A DNA stretch of 64,000 nucleotides from Eledone cirrhosa (lineage: Eukaryota). Under the pieces are notes generated by a model. The model did not search any database. It was not told where the DNA came from and saw only the letters and a list, made by a program, of their open reading frames with translations. The stretch's first letter is position 1. Each line of letters starts with the position of its first letter. The stretch lies in assembly GCA_964016885.1 (NCBI GenBank), contig OZ024740.1:316882001-316946000 (forward strand). The letters are read 5' to 3'. Both the position numbers and the translations under genes were made by a program. This document shows positions 1 to 12,646 of the stretch, one piece after another.

Positions 1-545
1 GAGTTCACCCTGTAAGGTGGTCATGATAGTGACATGAGAAAGAGCACCTAGTCCACCCTGTAAGGTGGTCATGATGGTGACATGAGAAAGAGCACCCAGT
101 CCACCCTGTAAGGTGACCATGATGATGACATGAGAAAAATCACCCATTTCACCCTGTAAGGTGTTAGTGCTGATGACATGAAAAAAGCACCCAGTCTACC
201 CTGTAAGCTGATTGTGATGGTGACATGAGAAAAAGCACCCAGTCCACCTTGTAAGGTGGCCATGATGGTAACATGAGAAAAATCACCCAGTCCACTCTGT
301 TAAATGGTGCTAGTGACACAATAAAAAATACCCAGCCCACTCTGTAAGGTGGTTGGAATGGTGACACAAGAAAAAGCACCCAGTCCACCCTGTAGGGTGG
401 TTGTGACGGTGACACAAGAAAAATTACCCAGCCCACCCTGTTAAGTGGTCATTTCAGTGTCATGATAAAAAGCACCCTGTCTACACTGTAACATGGTTGG
501 TGTTAGGAAGCTGTGGAAATCAAGCCAAAATATAGATCTGTATGA
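1..545 (+). repeat. Degenerate ~51-bp tandem array (AAAAGCACCCAGTCCACCCTGTAAGGTGG...) derived from the RTE 5' UTR module
   Basis: About 10 units, ending in GGTTGGTGTTAGGAAG. The same module precedes the RTE ORF at 61250-61310. Confidence 0.75.
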
Positions 546-589
546 GCAAGGCATGTTCACCTGATCTGAATTGTCTTATAACATGACAA

Positions 590-862
590 CCCACCTTAAC
601 CCATGCTCTGATGCTATGGGCATGTGGTTAGAATGTCTCAAGAATGAATCACTGGACAGATTTTACCAACCGGCAAGAAACCCAGGGGTAAACCCTGAGC
701 AAGAAGGTTGGATAGCATCCACGAGCTTGACTGGTCTCGCTTGGGGATCCAGCTGGATCAGTTGGAGACGGTTGCTTCTGACAGGACCCACTGGAAGGAG
801 TGTTTGAGACTCTACCCCCATGACCCTCTCAGGAATATGTGGATGAAGAAAAGAAGAAGAAA
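590..862 (+). mobile_element. Decayed 3' fragment of an RTE-like LINE with (AAG)n tail
   Basis: Translates to W.DSIHELDWSRLGIQLDQLETVASDRTHWKECL. Related copies at 10325, 19650, 25200, 29350 and 57790. Confidence 0.7.
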
Positions 863-1883
863 ATGGATTAATGAAACTATCTGTTTCATTCATACATTTT
901 ATACTCATGCCCACAACAACAACAACAACAACTACAACAACTATAACCAAAAGAAACTAAAAAATATAGAGAAACCATGAGAAAATTGTTAAGATTGTTG
1001 AATTAATTCAAAAATTGTCTCAAGATTTGTGGCTCTATCAAGCCAGGGCTTATGGCAGTTTTATGGGGCGTTAAATGACTGACAGTACAAGCTTTCTCTT
1101 TGGACAAGACATTGAAGTACTGTAGTAAAGTTATTGAATGTTTCTGTCAGACATTCAGTGAATTGATGGCTTCATGTCATATGGATTTCTAATTCTTGTT
1201 TGTTTATGTCTGTTGTAAAAATAGCTTCAGTTATTTTCAGAAAGATTTCAGTTCAGTGCATTCTTTTTTTTTCCTTTTTTTTTTGGCTTTTTTTAAATTT
1301 ATTTATTTATTTATTTTTTTTTTTTGTCTTGCTCAAGATGCTGATAATTGGCTATTGCTATCTTTGTTAGTATAAATCTATATGGAGAGAGAGAGAGAGA
1401 GGGGTAAAACAAGAGAGAGGGGAAGAGAGAAAAGAGATAGAGAGAGAGAGAGATGGGTAGAGTGAGAGAAAGAGAGAGAGAGAGAGAGAGAGATGATTGG
1501 GGGAAGAGAGAGAAGAGAGAGAAATAGAGAGATAGAAAGAAAGAGAGAGATGGAGGAAATCTATATGCAATCCTTTAATGTAGACAATAGGATGTCAGCC
1601 TCTTAACTCATGGTTATTTCCTTCACAAACTATTTACATAAGTATGTTTCAAAGTTTGGAGCCAAGCTTGAGGAATTTGGTTAGTCTTTCGGAAATTTGG
1701 CAAGAGACCACTTGTATTTCATAAATATTCAACAAGGAACCATAGTGGTAGAAAATAGAAAATAGAAATAAGGTTTTTGTCATTCTGGTCCAGTGATTTT
1801 CAGCCTTTTCTGATTCATGGCACACTGAATAATGTGTTAAATGTATTAAAGAATGTTTTAAAAAGTTTTATTATCTCTCTCTG

Positions 1884-1914
<31 letters not shown>

Positions 1915-2134
1915 CACAAATACATATACATACATACGGATGCAATTAATTTTCACTTCTAATACCTATATATATATATTTTGAGTATATGTTGGTTGTT
2001 TACCGACACCTCAGTATGCAGATTGGAGCACTCGACGAAGTACACAGGTTGGTTTGTTTACTCCGGAGTAATGTAAAATAAAATAAAATAAGTAAGTCAA
2101 ATATGTAAAATGTGGCTTCGTTTATTATAAAGTT

Positions 2135-2189
2135 ACTGCTATATATATTTCGGTGACAGCTATTATTGGCTGTGACCTCTTCAGGCAGT
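2135..2189 (-). ncRNA. Type I hammerhead ribozyme (Penelope-like pLTR type)
   Basis: Minus strand reads ACUGC CUGAAGA GGUCACAGC-caauaaua-GCUGUCACC GAAA UAUAUA UA GCAGU: 5-bp stem I, 8/9-bp stem II, palindromic stem III. AATAAA follows downstream. Confidence 0.85.
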
Positions 2190-2391
2190 CCGAATTGATG
2201 TGGAAAAGACAGGTACACATGTTGTTGAAGTGTGTTTCATTCTGTCAATACATTGATATGTCCAGCTCAGTACGTATGTATGTATGTATGTATGTATATA
2301 TATATATACGTTATTCCGGGTTGAATCGGAGGTAACCACAGTAAGTAAGGTACTCAATACATGGCAGAATATAAAAGTTTTAATATAGATG

Positions 2392-2442
2392 AGATTCTAC
2401 AGGACTACAACTGTTTCATTCTTTAGAAATCATCAGGAATCT
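2392..2442 (-). ncRNA. Type I hammerhead ribozyme
   Basis: Reverse complement of 2838-2888, differing in the stem III loop. Confidence 0.8.
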
Positions 2443-2837
2443 GGCTTTCCAAAAATAAATGTTGTGCTATTTATATTTTTCAGGTGGTAGGAGAGAGTGG
2501 GGAGTGGGATGGGTGGAGGTCATTGGTTGAAAGAAAAGGGAATTCATTAAAAGCTAATTCTTTAAAGCTATATTTTATATTTAGAGTGACAAAGGCAGAA
2601 AGAATTCTATAAACAAGTTCAAATTGGGGTGACACTCCTTATTTTTAAGTTTCTCTTAAGCTAACAATGCCTATATTTCAGGTGTCTATAAGATCGTTAT
2701 AGAAATTATAGCTTTAAAGAATTAGCTTTTAATGAATTCCCTTTTCTTTCAACCAATGACCTCCACCCATCCCACTCCCCACCCTCTCCTACCACCTGAA
2801 AAGATATAAATACCTCAACATTTATTTTTGGAAAGCC

Positions 2838-2888
2838 AGATTCCTGATGATTTCTAAAGAATGAAACAGTTCTAGTCCTGTAGAATCT
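2838..2888 (+). ncRNA. Type I hammerhead ribozyme
   Basis: AGAUUC CUGAUGA u-UUC-uaaa-GAA-u GAAA CAG-uucuaguc-CUG UA GAAUCU: 6-bp stem I, GUA cleavage triplet. Confidence 0.8.
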
Positions 2889-2923
2889 CATCTATATTCA
2901 AACTTATATATATATATATATAT

Positions 2924-3237
2924 CATCATCATTCATCATCATTTCATTTTACGTCCGCTTTTCCCTGTTTGCAAGGGTGGGACGGGAACTGATTCTGGCT
3001 TAATTTCTACAGCTGGATGCCCTTCCTAACACCAGTGAGTGCTGGGTGCTTTTTTGCCGTGGCACCTCCACGACCACTTTACAGTGGAATGATATGGACC
3101 CCAGTCCCTATCATCTCATTTCTACAGCTGAGTAAACTGGAGCAATGTGAAATAAAGTGTCTTGCTCAAGGAAACAACACATCACCCAGTCTGAGAATTG
3201 AACTCACAACCTTTCGATTGCAAGGCCAATGCTCTAA

Positions 3238-3240
<3 letters not shown>
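2924..3240 (-). mobile_element. SINE family 1 (tRNA head, CORE-like domain, RTE 5' and 3' modules), 5'-clipped
   Basis: Reverse complement of the copies at 4463, 33575, 41345 and 59666. Confidence 0.9.
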
Positions 3241-3297
<57 letters not shown>

Positions 3298-3300
<3 letters not shown>

Positions 3301-3620
3301 TTGGCCTTGCAATCGAAAGGTTGTGAGTTCAATTCTCAGACTGGATGATGTGTTGTTTCCTTGAGCAAGACACTTTATTTCACATTGCTTCAGTTTACTC
3401 AGCTGTAGAAATGAGATGATAGGGACTGGGGTCCCTATCATTCCACTGCAAAGTGGTCGTGGAGGTGCCACGGCAAAAAAGCACCCAGCACTCACTGTAA
3501 ATGAGGTTGGTGTTAGGAAGGGCATCCAGCTGTAGAAATCAAGCCAGAATCAGTTCCCGTCCCACCTTTGCAAGCAGGGAAAAAGCGGACATAAAATGAA
3601 ATGATGATGATGATGATGAT
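3298..3620 (+). mobile_element. SINE family 1, 5'-clipped
   Basis: B-box GAGTTCAATTC, CCTTGAGCAAGACACTT, RTE-type tail with (GAT)n. Confidence 0.9.
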
Positions 3621-3630
3621 GATATATATA

Positions 3631-3677
<47 letters not shown>

Positions 3678-4284
3678 GTCAGGTCACCAGTTGGTGCTAC
3701 TGGTAACATGTATCCCAGTGCAGCCTGTCCCATGGTCGGGTCGTTGGCGACTAAACTGGCAACCCCACCAAGGTTTCTTGGTGAGGAGGGTGACTTTGGA
3801 CATCCTGCAGGACTAAAAACAAAACCTGTCAAAGGGCAAAGGAGCTCTTAAGAGTCAATGGCCATCCAAAATCATCGGGAGAGATGACCCCTTAGCCTTT
3901 GTCAAGGCAGAATTCTAGGAAAAAGGAAAACTCTAATATAACACCTGCAACCCTGATGGTAGCCAATGATGTTGACTTGTTCTTCTTTTTGGTAAATATC
4001 ATCTTGGTTAAGAGAATGGGACTGGCTTTGTGCAGTGCCAATGCTCACTATAAAAGCTTCACGGCACAGGCATTGCTTTATATCTGGAGATCTCTCTGCA
4101 CTTGTTGTCACATGGTACCATGGGCCAAGCACTGTGTCAATAATTGTCACAAGTGTAGTGTTTGTACCAGAGTTTTCAAGTCGCTGGCTGGACTAAACAG
4201 TGACACTTGTTCAGCGCATCGGTAGGGGTTCTCCTACATGGATATAAAGTAGTGGCCGTACTCGAAAACGAGTTGGCAGCCACC
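3678..4284 (+). mobile_element. Non-autonomous RTE-derived element (5' UTR plus C-terminal C2H2 finger and 3' UTR)
   Basis: Translates to [18 protein letters not shown] near the end. Near-identical 3' part at 32183-32593; related 5' part on the minus strand at 35780-35982. Confidence 0.65.
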
Positions 4285-4462
4285 ATATGTATATATATGT
4301 GTGTGTGTGTGTAAGAAAAGAAATGGGTTTTTTACTATCTTAAAGTATATATATTTTACTGAATATTATTTGCTCTCTGTATATATGTACAAAATACTAT
4401 GTATTTCTCAAACGATATAAGATTCTTTCTCTCTAAATATATCTTTTAAATTTGAATATATA

Positions 4463-4808
4463 GGCACATGGTTTAGTGGTTAGAGCATTGGCCTTGCAAT
4501 CGAAAGGTTGTGAGTTCAATTCTCAGACTGGATGATGTGTTGTTTCCTTGAGCAAGACACTTTATTTCACATTGCTCCAGTTTACTCAGCTGTAGAAATG
4601 AGATGATAGGGACTGGGGTCCATATCATTCCACTGCAAAGTGGAATGATAGGTGCCACGGCAAAAAAGCACCCAGCACTCACTGTAAATGAGGTTGGTGT
4701 GAGGAAGGGCATCCAGTTGTAGAAATCAAGCCAGAATCAGTACCTGTCCCACCCTTGCAAGCAGGGAAAAAGCAGACGTAAAATGAAATGATGATGAATG
4801 ATGATGAT
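4463..4808 (+). mobile_element. SINE family 1, full length
   Basis: A-box TGGTTTAGTGG, B-box GAGTTCAATTC, RTE tail. Confidence 0.9.
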
Positions 4809-4820
4809 ATATATATATAT

Positions 4821-4882
4821 AAGTTTTAATATAGATGAGATTCTACAGGACTAGAACTGTTTCATTCTTTAGAAATCATCAG
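4821..4882 (-). ncRNA. Truncated hammerhead, same family as 2838-2888
   Basis: Same sequence from CUGAUGA through stem III and the 3' strand of stem I. The 5' strand of stem I is missing. Joins (TA)n at the same point as the 2905 arm. Confidence 0.7.
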
Positions 4883-4914
4883 ACGTAAAATGAAATGAAA
4901 TGAAATGAATGATA

Positions 4915-4951
<37 letters not shown>

Positions 4952-5727
4952 GCACCTCGCAAAGGCAATGACACAGGACCGTGACCTCGCAGTAATACAG
5001 AAGACCCAACTTCCCACGGGTACAAGCCGAAGCTGAAGCATATAGACAATATGCCCCCAGACCCTCCCACTTCAAAATGGTCATGGAGGTGCCACGGCAA
5101 AAAAGCACCCAGCCCACACTGTAAAGTGGTCACGTAGGCACCACGGAAAAAAAAGCACCTAGCACTCACTGTAAATGAGGTTGGTGTTAGGAAGGGCATC
5201 CAGCTGTAGAAATCAGCCAGAATCAGTTCCCGTATGAGCAAGACAAGGTCAGCTGACCGGGCACTGCCCACAACAGGACAACCTGTCTAGCGTGGAGGAA
5301 TGGACGTAAAACGGTGATGATGACCATGATGAAACTAGTATCAGGGTTATTTTAAAACAGAAATAGAAGCATGAATTTCAATTTGCTACAATGAAATACA
5401 CATGCCCTGGAGCAATGTATTAAGAACAGCAACATTTTCAAAATATCTTTGTTTTTTCAGGCATACTTCAAGACTCCATGGCATATCTGACACCCAAATT
5501 TGTCACAGCATACAGGTTCAAAATACATATTCTAGTCAGTTTCAATCTACAACTGTTTATTTGTCTCACTTTTCTAATAATCTCATGTTCTATAAATGTA
5601 AGCATTGTCTAAATAAGAAGAGAAGCATATCATATCAACAACTATAACTATCGATTGTTTTAACTTGAATATGTACAAATCTACAGCAAACAAATGCTAA
5701 CTATAAACTGAAGTAAATGTAATTCAT

Positions 5728-8700
5728 AAATTTACATATAACCTCACTCACCAGTTGTATACCACATGAAGTAATTTACATATAACCTCACTCACTGGAT
5801 GTATACCACATGAAGTAATTTACATATAACCACACTCACCAGATGTATATCACATGAAGTAATTTACATATAACCTCACTCACCGGATGTATACCACATG
5901 AAGTAATTTACATATAACCTCACTCACCAGATATATACCACATGAAGTAATTTACATATAACCTCACTCACCAGATGTATACCACATGAAGTAATTTACA
6001 TATAACCTCACTCACCAGATGTATACCACATGAAGTAATTTACATATAACCTCACTCACCAGTTGTATACCACATGAAGTAATTTACATATAACCTCACT
6101 CACTGGATGTATACCACATGAAGTAATTTACATATAACCTCACTTGCCAGATATATACCATATGAAGTAATTTACATATAACCTCACTCATCAGTTGTAT
6201 ACCACATGAAGTAATTTACATATAACCTCACTCACTGGATGTATACCACATGAAGTAATTTACATATAACCACACTCACCGGATGTATACCATATGAAGT
6301 AATTTACATATAACCACACTCACCGGATGTATACCACATGAAGTAATTTACATATAACCTCACTCACCGGATGTATACCACATGAAGTAATTTACATATA
6401 ACCTCACTCACCGGATATATACCACATGAAGTAATTTACATATAACCTCACTCACCGGATGTATACCACATGAAGTAATTTACATATAACCTCACTCACT
6501 GGATGTATACCACATGAAGTAATTTACATATAACCTCACTCACCGGATGTATACCACATGAAGTAATTTACATATAACCTCACTCACCGGATGTATACCA
6601 TATGAAGTAATTTACATATAACCTCACTCACCGGATGTATACCACATGAAGTAATTTACATATAACCTCACTCACCGGATGTATACCACATGAAGTAATT
6701 TACATATAACCTCACTCACCGGATATATACCACATGAAGTAATTTACATATAACCTCACTCACCGGATGTATACCACATGAAGTAATTTACATATAACCT
6801 CACTCACCGGATGTATACCACATGAAGTAATTTACATATAACCTCACTCACCGGATGTATACCACATGAAGTAATTTACATATAACCTCACTCACCGGAT
6901 GTATACCACATGAAGTAATTTACATATAACCTCACTCACCAGATGTATACCACATGAAGTAATTTACATATAACCTCACTCACCGGATATATACCACATG
7001 AAGTAATTTACATATAACCACACTCACCGGATGTATACCATATGAAGTAATTTACATATAACCTCACTCACCAGATATATACCACATGAAGTAATTTACA
7101 TATAACCACACTCACTGGATGTATACCACATGAAGTAATTTACATATAACCTCACTCACCGGATGTATACCACATGAAGTAATTTACATATAACCTCACT
7201 CACCGGATGTATACCACATGAAGTAATTTACATATAACCTCACTCACCGGATGTATACCACATGAAGTAATTTACATATAACCTCACTCACTGGATGTAT
7301 ACCACATGAAGTAATTTACATATAACCTCACTCACTGGATGTATACCACATGAAGTAATTTACATATAACCTCACTCACCGGATGTATACCACATGAAGT
7401 AATTTACATATAACCTCACTCACTGGATGTATACCACATGAAGTAATTTACATATAACCTCACTCACTGGATGTATACCACATGAAGTAATTTACATATA
7501 ACCACACTCACCGGATGTATACCACATGAAGTAATTTACATATAACCTCACTCACTGGATGTATACCACATGAAGTAATTTACATATAACCTCACTCACC
7601 GGATGTATACCACATGAAGTAATTTACATATAACCTCACTCACCGGATGTATACCACATGAAGTAATTTACATATAACCTCACTCACTGGATGTATACCA
7701 CATGAAGTAATTTACATATAACCTCACTCACCGGATGTATACCACATGAAGTAATTTACATATAACCTCACTCACCGGATTTATACCACATGAAGTAATT
7801 TACATATAACCTCACTCACCAGATGTATACCACATGAAGTAATTTACATATAACCTCACTCACCGGATGTATACCACATGAAGTAATTTACATATAACCT
7901 CACTCACCGGATGTATACCACATGGAGTAATTTACATATAACCTCACTCACCGGATGTATACCACATGAAGTAATTTACATATAACCACACTCACCGGAT
8001 GTATACCACATGAAGTAATTTACATATAACCTCACTCACCGGATGTATACCACATGAAGTAATTTACATATAACCTCACTTGCCAGATGTATACCATATG
8101 AAGTAATTTACATATAACCTCACTCACCGGATGTATACCACATGAAGTAATTTACATATAACCTCACTCACCGGATGTATACCACATGAAGTAATTTACA
8201 TATAACCTCACTCACCGGATGTATACCACATGAAGTAATTTACATATAACCTCACTCACCGGATATATACCACATGAAGTAATTTACATATAACCTCACT
8301 CACTGGATGTATACCATATGAAGTAACTTACATATAACCTCACTAACCGGATGTATACCACATGAAGTAATTTACATATAACCCCACTCACCGGATGTAT
8401 ACCACATGAAGTAATTTACATATAACCTCACTCACCGGATGTATACCACATGAAGTAATTTACATATAACCTCACTTGCCAGATGTATACCATATGAAGT
8501 AATTTACATATAACCTCACTCACCGGATGTATACCACATGAAGTAATTTACATATAACCTCACTCACCGGATGTATACCACATGAAGTAATTTACATATA
8601 ACCTGACTCACCGGATGTATACCACATGAAGTAATTTACATATAACCACACTCACCGGATGTATACCACATGAAGTAATTTACATATAACCTCACTCACC

Positions 8701-10232
8701 GGATATATACCACATGAAGTAATTTACATATAACCTCACTCACTGGATGTATACCATATGAAGTAACTTACATATAACCTCACTCACCGGATGTATACCA
8801 TATGAAGTAATTTACATATAACCTCACTCACCAGATGTATACCACATGAAGTAATTTACATATAACCTGACTCACCGGATATATACCACATGAAGTAATT
8901 TACATATAACCTCACTTGCCAGATGTATACCATATGAAGTAATTTACATATAACCTCACTCACTGGATGTATACCACATGAAGTAATTTACATATAACCA
9001 CACTCACCAGATGTATACCACATGAAGTAATTTACATATAACCTCACTCATTGGATGTATACCATATGAAGTAATTTACATATAACCTCACTCACCGGAT
9101 GTATACCACATGAAGTAATTTACATATAACCACACTCACTGGATGTATACCATATGAAGTAACTTACATATAACCTCACTCACCGGATGTATACCACATG
9201 AAGTAATTTACATATAACCTCACTCACCGGATGTATACCATATGAAGTAATTTACATATAACCTCACTCACCGGATATATACCATATGAAGTAACTTACA
9301 TATAACCTCACTCACCGGATATATACCACATGAAGTAATTTAAATATAACCTCACTCACTGGATGTATACCATATGAAGTAACTTACATATAACCTCACT
9401 TACCGGATGTATACCATATGAAGTAATTTACATATAACCTCACTCACCAGATGTATACCACATGAAGTAATTTACATATAACCTGACTCACCGGATATAT
9501 ACCACATGAAGTAATTTACATATAACCTCACTTGCCAGATGTATACCATATGAAGTAATTTACATATAACCTCACTCACTGGATGTATACCACATGAAGT
9601 AATTTACATATAACCTCACTCACTGGATGTATACCACATGAAGTAATTTACATATAACCACACTCACTGGATGTATACCACATGAAGTAATTTACATATA
9701 ACCTCACTCACCGGATGTATACCACATGAAGTAATTTACATATAACCTCACTCACCGGATGTATACCACATGAAGTAATTTACATATAACCTCACTCACC
9801 AGATGTATACCACATGAAGTAATTTACATATAACCTGACTCACCGGATATATACCACATGAAGTAATTTACATATAACCTCACTTGCCAGATGTATACCA
9901 TATGAAGTAATTTACATATAACCTCACTCACTGGATGTATACCACATGAAGTAATTTACATATAACCTCACTCACTGGATGTATACCACATGAAGTAATT
10001 TACATATAACCACACTCACTGGATGTATACCACATGAAGTAATTTACATATAACCTCACTCACCGGATGTATACCACATGAAGTAATTTACATATAGCCT
10101 CACTCACCGGATGTATACCACATGAAGTAATTTACATATAACCTCACTCACCGGATGTATACCACATGAAGTAATTTACACATGACCTCACTCACCAGAT
10201 ATATACCACACTAGATATGAAGTAATTTACAT
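5728..10232. repeat. 44-bp tandem satellite, ~100 copies
   Basis: Unit GAAGTAATTTACATATAACCTCACTCACCGGATGTATACCACAT; period 44 (e.g. 5768 to 5812). Confidence 0.98.
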
Positions 10233-10324
10233 TAAGTGCAAAAATTCAGTATTCATGCTAACTGTTACCTATGGTCATAAATCTTGGGTAATGAACAAAA
10301 GAATACAATCACAAATGCAAGCAG

Positions 10325-10690
10325 CCAAAATGGGGTTTCTTCAAAGCATCTTTGAAGTTAGCTACTCAATAGAGTGTGTAGCTCAGAGATCAGAGAGTCT
10401 CTACAGGTAGAGTTGCTATTTCTCCGAATTGAGAGATCACAGCTCCGATACTATGGGTATGTAGTTAGAATGTCCCAGGAAAGAATCGTTGGACAGATTT
10501 TATGGCAGGAGACCCAGGGGTAGACCCTGAACAAGATGGCTGGATAACATCTGTGAGCTTGGCTGGTTTCACTTGGGGATCTAGCTGGATCAGCTGGAGA
10601 CAGTTGCTTCTGACAGGACCCTCTGGAAGGAGTGTTTGAGGACTCTGTCCCTATGATCCTTTCAGGAATAAGTGGGCAAAGAAGAAGAAA
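10325..10690 (+). mobile_element. RTE-like LINE 3' fragment family, (AAG)n tail
   Basis: Homologous to 590-862 and 29350-29625. Confidence 0.7.
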
Positions 10691-10864
10691 TGGGCAAAAA
10701 TCCAAACCCCATTTATAAACCAAAGTAGCTAATCAACATATTGTTTAAATAGTGTATATAAGCTACCCTGTACCATGTTACCATCGATTTTTCGGTCACA
10801 TATTCTTCGGCTTATCAGGGTCACTCACAAAGCATTGGTAAGCCCTACGGAAAAAAGTGTAAAC

Positions 10865-11460
10865 TGATTGTATTCACACTGTAAACTGATTGTGTAACCA
10901 TCATGCCAAAATAGCACCCAGCCCACACAGTAAAGTGGTCATGTAGGTATCATGACAAATAGCACCCAGTACACAGTGTGAAGTGTCACAACAGAAAGCA
11001 CCCAGTACATACTGTAAGGTGGTCATGTAGGTGTCATGACAAAAAGCACCCATCCCACACTGTAAAGTGGTCATGTAGGTGTCATGACAAAAAGCACCCA
11101 GTACACAGTGTGAAGTGTCACATCAAAAAGCACCCGGCCCACACTATAAAAGCGGTCATGTAGGTGTCATGTCAAAAAGTACACAGTGTAAAGTGGTCGT
11201 ATAAGTGTCACGACAAAAAGCACCCAGTACACACTCTAAAATGTTTGTGTAGGTGTCCTGACAAAAAGCACTCAGCCCACACTGTAAATGTGGTTGGTGT
11301 TAGGAAGGACATCCAGCTGTAGAAACCAAGTTAATATCAGTTCTGTGTGAGCAAGACACAGTCACCTGATCTGACTTATCTGATAACGAAGGACATCTCG
11401 TCTAACCCATGCTAGTGTGGAAAAATGGCCATTAAACAGTGATGATAATGATGATGATGG
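10865..11460 (+). repeat. Tandem RTE 5' UTR-derived units followed by an RTE-type 3' tail
   Basis: Repeated AAAAAGCACCCAG..CACACTGTAAAGTGG, then GTTAGGAAGG and a (GAT)n tail. Confidence 0.7.
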
Positions 11461-11536
11461 TAGTGGTGATGATGCTGATGATGATGATGATGATAGGATC
11501 ATAATGATGATGATGGTGATAATGATGATGGTGATA

Positions 11537-11568
<32 letters not shown>

Positions 11569-11576
11569 ACAGTACA

Positions 11577-11607
<31 letters not shown>

Positions 11608-11846
11608 ATACAGAGAATGGTTGTTTATGTGGAGAAACAATTTCTTTCTCATTTGCAGAGCAAAGAAGAAATAGAGAAAATAATTTCTAATTGAAATTCT
11701 TTGCTTGAAGCAATGAGTTAATGACTGACAAGTGAGGTGTGCCAATAACAGAATGTAGGTGAAATTGTGAAACATCTTCACTAGTTTAATGTTGGTTAAT
11801 ATAGTGGTTGTTTGGTCTTCAATAATAAATATATGGATGGTGTTAC

Positions 11847-12406
11847 ATGGTGGTAGTGGTGGTAGTGGTGGTGGTGGTGGTGGTGGTGGTAGTGGTGGTA
11901 GTGGTGGTGGTGGTGGTGGTGGTAGTGGTGGTGGTGGTAGTGGTGGTGGTGGTGGTGGCAGTGGTGGTGGTGGTAGTGGTGGTGGTAGTGGTGGTGGTGG
12001 TGGTGGTGGTGGTGGTAGTGGTGGTGGTGGTGGTGGTGGTAGTGGTGGTAGTGGTGGTGGTGGTGGTGGTGGTGGTGGTGGTGGTGGTAGTGGTGGTGGT
12101 GGTGATAGTGGAGGTAGTAGTGGTGGTGGTGGTGGTGGTGGTGGTGGTGGTGGTAGTGGTGGTGGTGGTGGTGGTGGTAGTGGTGGTAGTGGTGGTGGTG
12201 GTGGTGGTGGTGGTAGTGGTGGTGGTGGTGGTGGTGGTGGTGGTGGTGGTGGTGGAGGTAGTAGTGGTGGTGGTGGTGGTAGTGGTAGTGGTGGTGGTGG
12301 TAGTGGTGGTGGTAGTGGTGGTGGTGGTGGTGGTAGTGGAGGTAGTAGTGGTGGTGGTGGTGGTAGTGGTAGTGGTGATGGTGGTAGTGGTAGTGGTGGT
12401 GGTGGT

Positions 12407-12437
<31 letters not shown>

Positions 12438-12615
12438 GTAGTAGTGGTGGTGGTGGTGGTGGTGGTGGTAGTAGTGGTGGTGGTGGTGGTGGCAGTGGTG
12501 GTGGTGGTAGTGGTGGTGTGGTGGTAGTGGTAGTGGTAGTGGTGGTGGTGGTGGTGGTAGTGGAGGTAGTAGTGGTGGTGGTGATGGTAGTGGTAGTGGT
12601 GGTGGCAGTGGTGGT

Positions 12616-12646
<31 letters not shown>

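Larger units (their letters stand above)
2310..2905. mobile_element. Fold-back Penelope-like or retrozyme-like element between (TA)n tracts
   Basis: Inverted arms of ~200 bp (about 2375-2572 and 2708-2905), each with a hammerhead. The tail is present only on the left. Confidence 0.75.

Noticed and set aside
3680-3765. Possible HDV-like ribozyme at an RTE-type 5' end (CCAGTT/AACTGG pairing, CTAA)
   Set aside because: P1, P3 and P1.1 could not be assembled by eye; a descriptor search is needed.
4463-4535. tRNA gene
   Set aside because: A and B boxes are present but no proper cloverleaf forms, and the head is always fused to a SINE body.
5728-10232. CRISPR-like appearance of the 44-bp array
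   Set aside because: Units are contiguous with no unique spacers, there are no cas genes, and the context is eukaryotic.
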